Part shown: positions 13,965 to 35,089 of the stretch, one piece after another
Layout of the letters: every line of letters starts with the position of its first letter
How positions within the stretch are numbered: the stretch's first letter is position 1
DNA from: the human T2T-CHM13v2.0 reference genome, Homo sapiens
Assembly: GCF_009914755.1 (NCBI RefSeq)
Contig: NC_060939.1
Length of the DNA: 64,000 nucleotides
Strand: one strand, 5' to 3'
Notes under the pieces: model-generated
Seen by the model: the letters and a program-made list of their open reading frames with translations, nothing else
Databases searched by the model: none
What the model was told of the DNA's origin: nothing
Translations under genes and position numbers: made by a program

Positions 13965-16950
13965 CATGCTTTCTTTTTAATAACTCCTTGCTGCCTAGTT
14001 TTTTCATGTCCACTGTGTAAGTACTAGTCTTAATGGGTATTTCTTTTCTTACTATTCTGCACCAATGTTTCCCTGATTGACAAGAGTTTTCCTGAAATGT
14101 ATTCTTGGAATGGAATTCTATGATACGCTTAGAAAATTCTGCATACCTTATACTTCAGAATTTGTATGTAAAAGACTCCAGTAAATGATGCAGGGAAGCA
14201 AAAATATTTGTGTGTTTTGCGAGTTGTATTCATATGCGTATAAAATTCCCACAGCACTTTAGGTAACAATGCTCTGCACACTTTTCCTGTGCTCCTTTTA
14301 TCCATTCCCACACTTCCAGCATTTCCTTTGACGTTTGATTTTCTTTCTTTATTTTTTTTACTCCAATATTTTCCTGTAGGTTCCAAACCTATATTTTGAA
14401 ATGTCAACTGATTCTCCCCCTCTGTCTTCACCACCTACATCTCAAATTTGACATAGCCATAAACACATTTTATATTTTGGCAAATAAATCTATTTCTTTT
14501 AAAGCATTGCCCATCTCAGCTAATGATGATAATATCAAGCCAGTCGCCAAGAAAATTTAGAGTATATATACCTTGACTCTTCCTTCTAAATGAATTATTA
14601 AGTTCAGCTGTTTCTACCTTGAATTACCTTTCTATTCTGCCATTTCTCTTCTGTGTTGCTGCTAATGTTTTTATTTAGTCATTCATCACATCATGCCTGT
14701 ACTGCTGGAATAATCTTGACTATTCTTTCTGACTTTTTCTTCTAACTGCATCTCAAAAACTTCTATCTAGAATGAAAATAAGTATATATATATACTATAT
14801 ATACATATATACATACACACTACATGTATGTATATAGTATAAGTATAGACATGCTATATACTATATATATATGCTATATATTTATATACACACACACCCA
14901 CTATGTTTTTAAAAATTGTTTACTTATGTCCCATCATTGAAGGGTAAAATACAAAATCACTGATATTGAGAGACATTCTCCTCAATCATTTAACATTTTC
15001 CTTCACAAACCTGTGCTGTAGCCACACCCAGAACAGGTTATGTTCCTTCAAAGACACACACACTTTTCTATTACTCTCCTTTTATTCCTTCTATTCCATC
15101 TGCTTAGACCATTTTTTACTTGTTTTCTGTCTATCTTCATTCATTTTTCAGGATCCAATTAAAATATTGATACAAAGGCTGAGATCTTTATATCTTCTCT
15201 TATTTAAATTCCTGGAGCACCAGATAACTTCCTCTATTATAATTCTTACAGTATGCAACCATAACTCTCATTTGAAAACAATGAATACATAATTATAAAA
15301 TCAGATATATCATAAAATGATTGGTATCAATATGTGAAAAAAAATCTTCAATGTTGAAAATACAAGATTACAAGCCATCTGAAAGTAACTAAACATCTAT
15401 CAGAGAAAAATGTTCATCATTTTTTGATGAAACCAAAAGTAAGAGAATTTGGTATTAATCTACTACATCATTGGTAAATTACATATTAATTATTGTGAGA
15501 AAGAAATAATTGATGGAATTTAAAGAAAATCGGTTTTCCTTTATTTTTATTATTCTACCTAAAAGTATTATATCTAATTAAAATAATGATTTTAAAATTA
15601 TCCTATCAAGTATGTCATCACACTAAAATCCATTGTATTTAATTTCTCAACTGAGAAATTGTATTCAATTGTATTCAATTTCTCTACTGAAAAATTAATA
15701 TGAAAGCAATCACATAGCATTCAGAAATTAATAAATGTTTAAAGAAATTAAACAGCATTAGATTTTCTTGTTAAATTTTTTTCTTCTCTCAGTATGGCTT
15801 ATGTCTCATTGCTTCTATTGAACACAGCACAATTCAAGTATTAATAGAGCGCCTTTATAAAAGTTGTGAATCTCAGAAATGAACAAGCTTACCTCCCTAG
15901 CTATTTATTAAAAGTTACAAGTCACTTTTTTTTAACTTCCTAATAATCTTAGAGGGGTATATTTTGTGTTTTTGTTTGCTATATCTTTTATAAAGAAGAT
16001 CTCTAATGATTTGAAAGTTAGAACCAATTTTCTGAAGGATTGAGCCACGCTCCTTGAACTTGTGTGTTTGTGGGTGGCACACTATGTCTTTTGCAGACCC
16101 GGTACCTACCCCTTGGTCTAGAACATATTTTCCTCCACCTGCCTTTTAAGTTTTTATTTCAGCAGGGGTGGGTGGTTTGTGGTTGACCGAAAATAGAACG
16201 GGTTACAAAAGCCCTTCCTGTTTGATATTGAATCTGCTATTTGAGTCACCCTTACATTATGAACTGACTGTTAATTAACACATTTGGTAAGAGAATATCC
16301 TGATCTGCTTTGCATGTGAGGCTCTCCCAGTAATAAACAAAGAAGCATAATTAAACAAGATTTTAATTTCTCTATGCCCTGTTAGAAATTCAGATACAAT
16401 TCAAGTCATCTTGGAAATTTTAAGTTGCATTCCGATGTCGCCTCTGTTCTGACCATTGTGCAATGGGCCTTCAACTGTTGTAGTAGAGGCCAACTGATAT
16501 TCCTTTTTTATTCATTTATACACAGGTATATATATGGTGTGTGTATGCAAATATATATGTAAATATTCATATATGTGTACATGTGTACATACATACATAT
16601 GGAGATAATACAAGTTTGCATTGTATTTAAAATTTTTTTACCCAAATTAACAATGACTCTACTGTATATCTTTATTGGTTATATCACGTTTATATAAATA
16701 AATTTATATAAGTGAGAATTTTCAAGTAAGTGAAATTTGAATTGGATTCAGGGTTTTATTTTTTTGAAATTTCTGAATTAAAATTACTTGATTTTTTAAA
16801 ATTTTATCTTAAAATATTCAAGACCCATTTGTAAAAAAAAAAATACAGGATAAAAATGAAGTGTGTCTTTATGAGTTACAAATTTTTATTTTACTTTAAT
16901 AATTGTTAAAATAATATTTTTTCCATGAGGCATTTTATAATGCCCTCTTT

Positions 16951-19490
<2,540 letters not shown>

Positions 19491-19624
19491 TTAAAGCCTC
19501 AAAATCTCAAATGCAGAAAGAATGACTTTTAAATATCCTACATATTTAAGCCATTTATTTTATACAACAATCCCATAGATGCAAAGCTACTACTAATAAA
19601 CAAATAACCTAAGCCGAATTAAAT

Positions 19625-19835
19625 AAAAGTATACAAAAAAAAATTATCCGTCTCTGGTGGTGGATGCCTGTAATCCCAGTTACTCATGAAGCTGAGGCAG
19701 GAGAATTGCTTGAACTCAGGAGATGGCGGTTGAAGTGAGCCGAGATCCTGCCACTGCACTCCAGCTTGGACGACAGAGCGAGACTGTCTCAAACAAAAAA
19801 TAAAAAAAAGAAAAGAAAATAAAAGAAAGAAAGAA
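19625..19835 (+). mobile_element. 5'-truncated Alu (linker plus right arm)
   Basis: TACAAAAAAAAATTA...GCCTGTAATCCCAG...GACTGTCTC, then A-rich tail. Confidence 0.9.
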
Positions 19836-19930
19836 ATTACTTCTTTTACACTTGCTCTTCTGTGTTTAGTTTCGAAATTATCATCTTCATGCAAAGTAGC
19901 ATAGTGCCTGGCAGATAGAAAAAGTTAGCT

Positions 19931-20263
19931 ATTATTTATTTATTTATTTATTTATTTATTCATTTATTTATTTGAGATGGAGTCTTGCTGTGTCTCCAGG
20001 CTGCACTGCAGCGGCACAACCTTGGCTCATTGCAACCTCTGCCTCCCGAGTTCAAGCAGTTCTCTTGTCTCAGCCTCCTGAGTAGCTGGGATTACAGGCA
20101 TGCACCACCACGCCAAGCTAATTTTTTTTTAAATTTTATTTTTTAAGTAGAAATGGGGTTTCACCATTTTGGCCAAAATGGTCTATGTCTCTTGACCTTC
20201 TGATCTGCCCGCCTCTGCCTCCCATGGTGCTGGGATTACAGGCGTGAGCCACTGCACCCAGCT
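19931..20263 (-). mobile_element. AluS with (TTTA)n tail
   Basis: Alu body; TAGCTATTATTT repeated on both flanks (TSD). Confidence 0.93.
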
Positions 20264-20414
20264 GCTAGCTATTATTTCTAATCCTTTGCCATGCTAAGGT
20301 ATAATCTTCCCAAATCCGGAAGTAATTTTATAACTTCAGCTAATTGCAGTGATAAATTATTGAAATATTTTCCTAAAGAAAATACACAAATGAAACCTTA
20401 AAAATACAAGGACT

Positions 20415-21000
20415 GGGCCGCGCACGGTGTCTCATGCCCCTAATTCCAGTACTTTGGGAGGCTGAGCTGGGTGCATCACCTGAGGTCAGGATTTCGAGAC
20501 AAGCCTAGCCAACATGGCGAAACGTCGTCTCTACTAAAAATACAAAAATTAGCTGTGCATGGTGGTGGGCGCCTGTAATCCCAGCTAATCGGGAGGCTGA
20601 GGCAGGAAAATTGCTTGAACCTGGAGGCTGAGGTTGAAGTGAGGCTAGATCTCACTGCTGGACTGCAGCCTGGGGCAACAGAGCAAAAACTGTCTAAGAA
20701 AAAAAAAAAGGCTGGGCGTGGTGGCTCATGCCTGTGATCCCAGCAATTTGGGAGGCCACGGCGGGCAGATCACGAGGTCAGGAGATGGAGACCATCCTGG
20801 CTAACACAGTGAAACCCCGTCTCTACTGAAAATGCAAAAAATTAGCCGGGCATGGTGGCGGATGCCTGTAGTCCCAGCTACTCAGAAAGCTGAGGCAGGA
20901 GAATGGTGTGAACCCGGGAGGCAGAGCTTGCAGTGAGCCAAGATCGCGCCACTTCACTCCAGCCTGGGCGACAGAGGGAGACTCTGTCTCAAAAAAAAAA

Positions 21001-21040
<40 letters not shown>

Positions 21041-21050
21041 GAAGAAAGAA
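20415..21050 (+). mobile_element. Two head-to-tail Alus (AluS 20415-20709; AluY 20710-21050 with (GAAA)n tail)
   Basis: Second copy has AluY diagnostics GAGACCATCCTGGCTAACAC and GGAGAATGG.GTGAACCCGGGAGGC.GAGCTTGCAG. Confidence 0.95.
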
Positions 21051-22479
21051 AGATGAAGGTATAGTAAATTATGAAAGAGAAAAAGAGAGAATAAGCATCT
21101 TCAACAAGAAAAATGAAAATAATAAAAACTATACAATTGGAAAACAATAACTCTTGTTAAAATATTTTACATGTCATATTGTAAATAAGACACCCTCAGT
21201 GTATGCAGAAATGATTACATTAGTATAGGAAACAACTGTCATTGTAGATACATAAACTAGAGAAATGCGAATCAGAAATAAGTTTATCAACTAGAAGAGA
21301 GAAGAAATTTTTGTTTGAGTAAATCTACTGTCTATAATTTAAAAATACACAATGGTATTTCTTTCATTAAATAGCTTTATTTAAATATAAAAATAAAAGC
21401 TTATACATAGGCCAGAAGAAATATTGCTGGTTTATAATAAGGTTCATAGGAACTAAAACAGGTAATTAGATAAGACAGTGTGTAAATAATTATGTTATTT
21501 TAGTAAAAATATCCAACACTGTACCTTTCAAATAAAAATATACTTTTTTAAAGGTCAACAAAAAGTTATTGTGCTTCAAATTTTAACATTTATCCTCCAA
21601 GTGAAATTACTATAAGAAGAAACAACTAACCTATAAATAAATAATCGACTTTTTGGAAAAGTTAACAAACCTCTCTACACACAATATAATTAAGAAAGAT
21701 AATAAGAAACATATATAATTTCAAGATTTTCAATTTTTTTTTTACTAAGCCAGAGAAGATAAATGAGTTAATCATTCATGTCAGTAAGTAAATACAGGAT
21801 CAAAAAACATACCTAATGGAAGGACATTAATAACGAAAAGTAAAAATTATAATCTAGAAAATGAAAGATATAAATTGATTCATAAATGGATAAGACTTTT
21901 TTTGAAGAAATCATTTCAAACTAGAATAAGCAAGAGGAATAGATCAAAACAAAAAGGAAAACAGTGAAGGTGATATACACATCCTCTTACTGAAAATTAA
22001 TTTTAAAGAACTGCTTTGTAAACACTAAAACTCAGAGTCATCAATGTGTCTGGATATGGATTCATTTTTATTTCTTCTGCCCAGCACTTGTTTTATACTT
22101 TAAATTAGAGTCCTCAAGTCTTTCCTCTGCAATGGAAATTTTATGGCATCATGTAAAGTATACAAATAGTGAAGGCATTGCCAGTGTTTTCTTGTGTATA
22201 AGTATTCTCTACCATTAGAATGGAAACGTCATCAAAGTGGGCCCTTAGTGAGTGTTTGCTGAGTGGATGAATACTGTCCTTAAATATGGCTTCTCCATTC
22301 TCTTTGGACTCTTTTTGAAATTCCTATCATACATGTGTTGGGGACTTTCTTGACTGGTCTTTCTGACTTTTAAATCCTTTTATCTGGATAAATTCATCAT
22401 TATCTCCCAATTGACTAATTCTTTGTGTTTATTGCATTTACACTTCTTTTTTATATAATTTTCACTTCTAGAGATTTTA

Positions 22480-23777
<1,298 letters not shown>

Positions 23778-24529
23778 CTGGATGTTTTCTTCTTAAAAAG
23801 CCAGTTGAGAATTCTAAGTGTACTCACTTAAAAGGAAAATTTAGTTTGCTATAATATTTCTCATATTTGCTGTGGTGAATTCATCTCTAGGAGGTTTCTT
23901 TGTATAATTATTTCATTATCTCTCTAATAGTTAATTCTCCACATGTTTTGTAATATTTTTGCACACTCAACTTGAATGAGAAGTTCTCTACATGTCATAG
24001 TCATATAACAAACAGAATTCACCTTCCTTCGCCACTAATCACACTTCTGTATATTCAATAAAATGTGCATTTCTTCATGGATACTCTTTGAATCATCTAA
24101 ATGGAGACTCTTTATAGAAATATTGAATCATTAATTCTTCCAACTACTGTACTCCTTTCCAACATACTGTCTTACTGATTTTTCACTTTTTCCTATTTAT
24201 ATCCATTTTGTTCTACTAACCCGTCTGTCATTGGCCTTCTTCTATAGCCAACCTCAAATTTCAGTTCACAGTAGCTGTGAACAGCACTCAAATTGCTGCT
24301 GTATTCTTAAAATAGAAATTTACTTCATAAAGCAAAAGTGAATTATATGTGTGTTACAAAAAATATTCCTAGCAGAGATAAGATGGGATGGTATTTGCTG
24401 GGATGTGCAGCATCGTTTTTTCCAAATTAATTTCTATCAGAATTCTCTCCTTCCTACTGCCAGGCAGAGCTCACCACTCACATGTCATGAATGACATTTT
24501 TAGTCATTTTTCATCTTATCTGATCATAT

Positions 24530-25213
24530 GACTTGAGTTAATGTTTAGATCTGCTAAGGGCAAACACCACCATGGAATTAAATTTGCAAGAGGGAAGAAG
24601 GAGGAAGCAGGAGAAGGTGGGTAGAGTCTTCAGACTAGGGTGCAGATCTTACACCTGTAGAGGGAAAGAGGGGAGGAAGGCTGATTGGGGTAGAAAGAGA
24701 CTGCAGCATGGTTCCAAGAATGCTTTGGCCTAGGTCACTGCGGACTCCTTAAATTAAAATTACTCATTGGAGACTCTCACAACTCACTGGAAACGTCCTC
24801 ACATACAATCCCCATGTAGCTCTATGACTGTTGGAAACATGACTGCTGCACAAGTGTAGAAGTGCTTCCAGAGACAGAGGGCTAAAGCCAGGCTGTCGCT
24901 GACTTATGCTGTCTGAGTCAGGATATCTGCACTGCAAATTTCCTTGGTCATTAAAATCCATTATCCCCACCTCCTAACCCCACCACAGCACACACATATT
25001 TGTCCAAACAGGTTCTTCATACCAGCTCTTCCAAAATTCCCATGATCCTCTCTTTTCCAAGAGGAATCTTAGAAAAGAAAGGTTAATGAGACCAAGTCTA
25101 GCCCATGCTATAGCAGTTGGTCTCAGAACTGCCTTTGAATGCCCAGTTGTGTGAGGGGGAGAGAAAGAGAGAGAGAGAGAGTATGGTAGTGGGGAGTGTG
25201 TGTGTGTGTGTGA

Positions 25214-25245
<32 letters not shown>

Positions 25246-27115
25246 AATTATCTCTGCTTCTTTTGTAGAAAAGTAGCCCTACCTCCTCCTGCTAATCAGG
25301 GTGTATTCATCCTGCCCCAGTGGTGACGTATTTCTTGTCTTTTGGTTACTGGACCTAAGGAATCTAAAGCACCCAACAGATAACCTTCTTTAGAGAGCAG
25401 GACTTGCCTGCCTTCCAGATCCCAGAGCTGCAGTGATGAGAAGCACAGGAAAACCTGAGAAGATTATTGGGAGCATTTGTAATTAGGGACATTCCTGTTT
25501 CTACCTCTTGTTTTCTGAACCTGTAGATTCTTCCTATGGCACAAGAGCTACTATATAAAGATTTGTGATAGAATATGTATAAAAGATGGTGCCCCCTGCA
25601 TTCAGAATGTCTCCTTTAGCATAGTGCCTCAGTTGCATCTTTAGAATGTTTTTCCAGGGCTCCATGAGTCTAGCTGCTTCTTGAAGAGTGTATGTAATAC
25701 AAATAGTAGATTATATGGTCATGGACCCACTTCTGCCCATCCTTTGCTGTGAACAAGGAACCCTGGTCAGATGCTATAACATGTGGGATTTTATGCCTGT
25801 GGATCAGGAATTCTGGAAGCCTCAGAAAAGTGGTCCTGGCTCAGGCTCTGTGAACAGAATTGCCAAACCCAGCCCTGGAATAAGGATATATCCCTCTGAG
25901 GATGAAAAGGTGGTCATTCAAGGTCAAAAGACTTGCCATATAAGAGTCTCATTATTGATGTATGCTGTTGAAAAGTAGGACAGTCAGAGGCAGCAGTAGT
26001 TAGATCAACCTTGATACATAGAAGTCCAGGCTGTGGGGCCCATATGTATTGTCCATCTCTGCCAACATGGTCATATGAGTGACTGCATATGTGTGACTGT
26101 TGTGCTTGTTGTGGAAAAGCCAATCTCCAAGGCTGGCAGCTTGTCAAGTCATTTTGTCTGATTGGTTATTGAGTGCCTCTTCTGTGATGAGTGCTTTCTT
26201 GTGAGTGTTAACATGCAATACAAGATTCTTTACACTCCGTGCCTGCTCCTGCATGTCCACTCATATGCTTCTAACCCAGCTTCCTTGTCTCAGATATTTC
26301 AGTTCTTTTCTATCTAAGCCTCTGACCAGAAGATTCACCCACTGACTATGGCAAAGAAATCTGTTTATATTCCTGCCTTAGGCCATGTTTCTTCTATGTA
26401 AAGTCAATGGCCAGGGCCACTGCTCCCAGTGCTGCTAATAGGGAATATTTTAATTTCCTTCTGTCTTTCAGAGTCATTCTTGCATTGGGCTGCAATGCAA
26501 CTACACCTTTAAACAGAGATTGCCCCTTTCTCCCTCCTTCAGATGGCCACAGGGACACAAATGCAGTCACAGGTGTGAGCTGAAGGAAGGTTGCTGGTGC
26601 AAACATGATGGGTGACATGAGGATCTGGGTTACCTGCTATTCAACTTATCCACTTGCTCTCATCTTGCTTGGCCTTTGTCTCATATTTAGTATTTCCACC
26701 TCATGATGAACTACTTCTTTTCCCTTCTGGTGTCATGACTTGGTGGTTCCAATAGAACTCAGCCTGCAAGAGGTAGCGCCAGAAGCATGGTAACTTATCA
26801 AGCACAGCATCTCCCCTAGTTCCAACATATAATTCTCTGCTATGGAGGGCATGGCTTTGTTTCAGAATCCCAGGAGCTGGTGTTGTAATTCTTTCACTGA
26901 GAATTGCCATGTGTGCCACACTGCAACCACCATTGACACCTGCAAGAATACAGGTCCTGCAAGATCTTATGACCCAAGCTGCAGGGCTGTTCACAAAGCA
27001 GCCTGGACATGCTGTGGAGCCCTGTACTGCCCTGTACTCTTCAAACCCTGTGGTCTTCCTATCTCCCTGACTTGTCTTGTGGCTTACTTGTGTTATGTTG
27101 CTTAGGGTTTCTTGA
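24530..27115 (-). mobile_element. Ancient ERVL-class element: LTR33/LTR41-like LTR plus pol/integrase remnant (HERV16/ERV3-16A3-like)
   Basis: Minus-strand RAPQHVQAAL.TALQLGS.DLA resembles KALQQVQAAVQAALPLGPYDPA; ORF 25914..26147 HVGRDG...LTTAASDCPTFQQ resembles the integrase HHCC region; LTR-like GAGTCTTCAGACTAGGGTGCAGATCTTACACCTGT at 24620-24660. Confidence 0.7.
25155..25245. repeat. Compound (GA)n-(TG)n-(GA)n microsatellite
   Basis: Directly visible. Confidence 0.95.
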
Positions 27116-27199
27116 GTTTTGTGAGTTTGTATTTTTATAACTGTGTAGATATAGATGGATAAATATAGATATGGTCAGAGAGGAAGAGTAAGAGAGAAA

Positions 27200-28310
<1,111 letters not shown>

Positions 28311-30524
28311 TTTATTACATTCTAAAACATTAATTTTCTTCCATCCATTATATTTATTCACAAATTCTACAATAGTATGTTTTAGAAGACCTGTAATAGA
28401 CACAGTAACTGGCATATTCATAAAGGAAATTTCCTTATGTAGGATAGTTTTTAGGGGAAATGCCTGAAACAAAAAAATCTCTATCTGCTTATCATAATTC
28501 ACTGCATAAAAGATCTAAATGTGTAACTGGCAATCAGCTTTAGCTTTGATTATCTTTCATAGCAGCATGGATCAATTATGTTTACCCAGTTGGCTATCTC
28601 TCCATGCTAAACTCATATTGCATACATGCCTCTGAAATTCCAGTCATGTATAGTCTGTAATTTATACCTATATTACACAATTTGTATACTTTTCCACTTT
28701 AAAGGGGGGATTTATACCTGCAAAGGGACTTGACCTACAACTATCATCCAATTCTGTTCCAAATTTTGGATACTATGACTCTATTCTGGGAAATTATTCA
28801 ATAGTTTTGTTTCATTTGACTCTTCCTACAGACATAATGTGTTGAAGTAAACCTGTTTTTTATGTTTGGAAAGTAACCTTTTGACGGGTGTTTTCTAGCT
28901 TTTGGAAAACATGTACTCGAAGCAGAAGTAATTTGTTGTTGAGGGAATAGAACCACAGCATTTCTGACCTAGGCAAATTGAAACCTTGTCATCCTTGATG
29001 ACAAACATGACATGACACATGATTTCTTTTTTCAGGGAGTTCTTATGTAACATATTTTACCCCCAACTAGTTGGTATCATTCAAATCAAATTTTATAATT
29101 TTACTGTGTATTAGGATGCAGTTTTATAACTTCCAAAGCATCTTTACGCATATTTTTTCTCAAATAAATCCTACAGCAACTGTGTGAGATACTCAAAGGT
29201 GAGAATATTATCCCCATTTTACAACTAAGCAAACAGACTCCAAGATTTGTTAACTTTTTAGAACTGAAGTTTAGTCCACTATTTTATGTTATCAACCTTT
29301 GATTTGCTGTGCTATACCCACCAATTTAGAAAAAAAAATTTACCCAAGGTTGTAACATATAATACAATTAATTTATTTTTTTTCTCTCCGCTTGAAAACA
29401 GAAACAGTGGTGATGATGGAGTATCTACTGATTATTTTGCTGGGACAAGTTGATGTCACTGAATTTATAAATTGAACTGAACTGATAACCTCAGTTACTT
29501 TGCCAAAATTCCTTCTTTTAATATTACATAAACTGTAGAATGCAGAAGAGGTACTTTTAATTTCTAATTATTTAAGTAGAGAAAGACTCAACACTTCCTT
29601 TTAGGCTCACACATAAAATTTCTGGTTGATACATCACCAGCGATTGTGTTTCAGCATGTATGTAAATGCAGCTTTCTGAATAGGCAAACTTACAGGAAAT
29701 ATGGACTATCATTGTATTTATATACAGCAGTATCTCAGACATCATTCCAAAAACTAAAGGACAACGAGGAAATATTTCCAAAAGCCATATTACAGTGCTT
29801 TGGGGGAGGTAAAAGAGAGAATGCTGCAATATGTTTTCCTGTTTGACTCAAGCTACATTCTAGGAGATATTTTAAAAAGTGAATAAAATCTCTGTGTCAT
29901 AGTCAAAAGATGTAAGGCAAACCACAATTATCCAAGGAAATCTGAAATGAATATTACTAAATACAACCTTCTGGATTTGGTTTTACTTACCTAGTATGTT
30001 GACTATGTCTGCTTATGGTTTCCTTACTTATGCCTACCTACACCATCTTTTAATTATGTGTGCCAATAAAATTTCATCTACGTGTAGAATTTCCTTTGCT
30101 TGACAAAAACACTTTGTTCTACTGTGAATCAACTGCTGGGGCTTTCTATTGTATGGATATCTACAAAGGGATGTGCTGTAACTCAAGTATAAGCAGATGG
30201 TTCTTTCATTATTGTAAATCAAATTGGTACAACCTGTGACTGGGTTCGATGTGGCCCCAGCTCTCTGAGGCCTGTGAAAACTGCTAGGTTGCTCGTTTTC
30301 ATTTTTTCTTATCCCTTAACTGGAGTTGGAGGCCCTTGCAAGTCCAAGACAATGACGTCTTAGGCAACCTCAGTTGTCTAGTGTGACTTAATAAGCCTGA
30401 TGTATGTAGTAGAACCAATCTTTTCTTTTATATATAATGCCATTTTAAGTGATGTGAACCTTATTCTCTAGGTTACAGGTATTGGATTATTTTAGTTCTT
30501 TATTATAATAAGCAAGGTGTTAAT

Positions 30525-30526
<2 letters not shown>

Positions 30527-30560
<34 letters not shown>

Positions 30561-30842
30561 GAGACAGAGGCTCACACTATCGCCCAGGCTGGAGTGCAGT
30601 GGCGTGATCTTGGCTCACTGCAAGCTCCACCTCCCGGGTTCACGCCATTCTCCTTCCTCAACCTCCTGAGTAGCTGGGATTACAGGCACCTGCCAGCATG
30701 CTCAGCTAATTTTTTGTATTTTTAGTGGAGACAGGGTTTCACCCTGTTAGCCAGGATGATCTTGATCTCCTGATCTCATGATCCGCCCGCCTCAGCCTCC
30801 CAAAGTGCTGGGATTATAGGCGTGAGCCACCGCGCCCTGCCC
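30527..30842 (-). mobile_element. AluY with (TTG)n tail
   Basis: GCAAGCTCCACCTCCCGGGTTCACGCCATTC; GTTAATTTG on both flanks. Confidence 0.95.
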
Positions 30843-31213
30843 GTTAATTTGATTTTTTAACTCCTAAATTCTACCACTTTCCTTCCTCGCTTTCTAATGA
30901 AAATTGATGGAGAAAATAAGCTGAAAATATCACAATTCTAAACATTCCACTATTTTGAGATTCTAAAATTATTGGCTTTTGGTGTTCACTGATTCATGTC
31001 GGATTTTTAGTAGCATAATCAAACCTTTTTTTGGCAATGGTATAGAGTGCAAAATGCAAAGCCATTTGCCATGGTGTAGATGCTCTCAGTATGCCCCTGT
31101 GTCTAAAGAGATACTATTCTTCAACATAAATCAGACATATAGAAAATACTTACAGCACAGAAAATATGAACTATGGCATAGAAATACATTAAATTAGCTA
31201 AATGACATCCCTA

Positions 31214-31527
<314 letters not shown>

Positions 31528-31669
31528 CTAAAACTGGGAATTTTATGTTTAAGTAGATTCACTTAATTTTTTCCTATAATCTCCTGGGACAAATAAATGT
31601 TTTCAACAGTTGCGCTTAACAAACTGAAGAACTGGAAGGAGAAACAACATTATTAATAATTACTTCCAG

Positions 31670-32089
31670 AGTGGGGCGTGGCTCACATCTGTAATCCCAG
31701 CACTTTGGGAGGCCGAGGTGGGCTCATCACGACGTTAAGAGATCAATACCATCCTTGCTAACACGGTGAAAACCCGCCCCTACTAAAAATACAAAAAATT
31801 AGCCGGGCATGGTGGCGGGTGCCTGTGGTCCCAGCTACTTGGGAGGCTGAGGCAAGAGAATCGCTTGAGGAAGGCTGGCCAACATGGCTAAACCCCATCT
31901 CTACTAAAACTACAAAAATTAGCTGGGCATGTTGGCGCATGTCTGTAATCCTAGCTACTCCCAGAGGCTGAGACAAGAGAATCGCCTCATCCCGGGAGGC
32001 GGAAGTTACAGCAAGCCGAGATCACGCCACTCCACTCCAGCCTGCTCTACAGAACAAGACTCCGTCTCTCAAAAAAAAAAAAAAAAAAT
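31670..32089 (+). mobile_element. Chimeric Alu (two partial Alus joined at about 31870)
   Basis: Right arm stops at GAGAATCGCTTGA, then resumes in a left arm at GCTGGCCAACATGG; two A-rich linkers. Confidence 0.85.
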
Positions 32090-32798
32090 ACTTCCTACGA
32101 TGCATGATTAGATTACAAAGTTTTCTATTCTTTTCTTTTAAAAATAAATATCTTAGCTGCCTGTTTTCATTCTGGCCATCAAAATTGCCTAAAGTCTTTG
32201 TGGGCAATATCATCAACCCTTGAGGGAAATTCAAGATATTCCCAACACAGAAATATTCTTAGCTGAAAAGAGTATGGGATGACAATTTTCAACCTGGCAC
32301 ATATAAAAAGAAGAAAAATGTTGGGTAAATGAACAGCAGAAGAAAGATGACATTCACATGTCCTATGCAATTCTGAATACTTATTTTACATAGGTGAATA
32401 TTTTAATGAAAGACATTTATTGATCCAAAATATTTTTTAACTTAACGAACTTTGGCAAAACAATGCCCTTCAGTCAGTGACTATATTATCAAGTTTCATC
32501 TACCTCTGATCAAGGAAACAAAAATAATAGTAATTCCATACTCAGTATGTGTGAGAAAATAAGAGCTGTGTTTAGTTCTAATTATTTTGAGTTATGCCAC
32601 ATAACACATAACAGTATATATTTATTTTGAGTTCATATGTAGAATTAGACTACTTTTTAATTTTGGGAACATGGAGAACAATATTATAGGATTATATTAG
32701 TAAGGCTATGGTAAATACTAACATTAAGCTCTCCTTATGTGCCACACACAGTTCCTTCACCAAAATGGGCAGAATTTTAGCTGAAGACTTATAATGAA

Positions 32799-33213
<415 letters not shown>

Positions 33214-33589
33214 TATCCCTCACTTTATAACATTAATCAAGTTCTTTTATAATTTTATGTTAAAGATTTTTGAATTTTGTTAATCTATTTTATTTTCCTT
33301 CATAAAATGATCAAAGCTAGAAATAACATTACAAAGTATATCATAATCATTAATAGAAAGAGCTTTATAATCAGCTTAAATTTCTTTTCTCTCTTTTCTA
33401 GTTATGTGATCTTAGGCAAGTTACATAAATTACCTGTGTTCAGTTTATTTATTTGTGAAATGGGGAAAATAATGGTGCCTGTCTCTGGGTAAGATTGTAG
33501 TGAGGGTGAATAACAGATTTATCAAGCATAAAGCAGTGCCTGGGACACAGGAATTGCCCTCTCTGCATGCCCCTACATATGTGTGCATA

Positions 33590-35068
<1,479 letters not shown>

Positions 35069-35089
35069 TAAAATTACTAGTCTTCAAAA

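Noticed and set aside
14775-14900. TA/CA-rich quasi-palindromic tract (similar tract at 16520-16600)
   Set aside because: Degenerate microsatellite with no further structure
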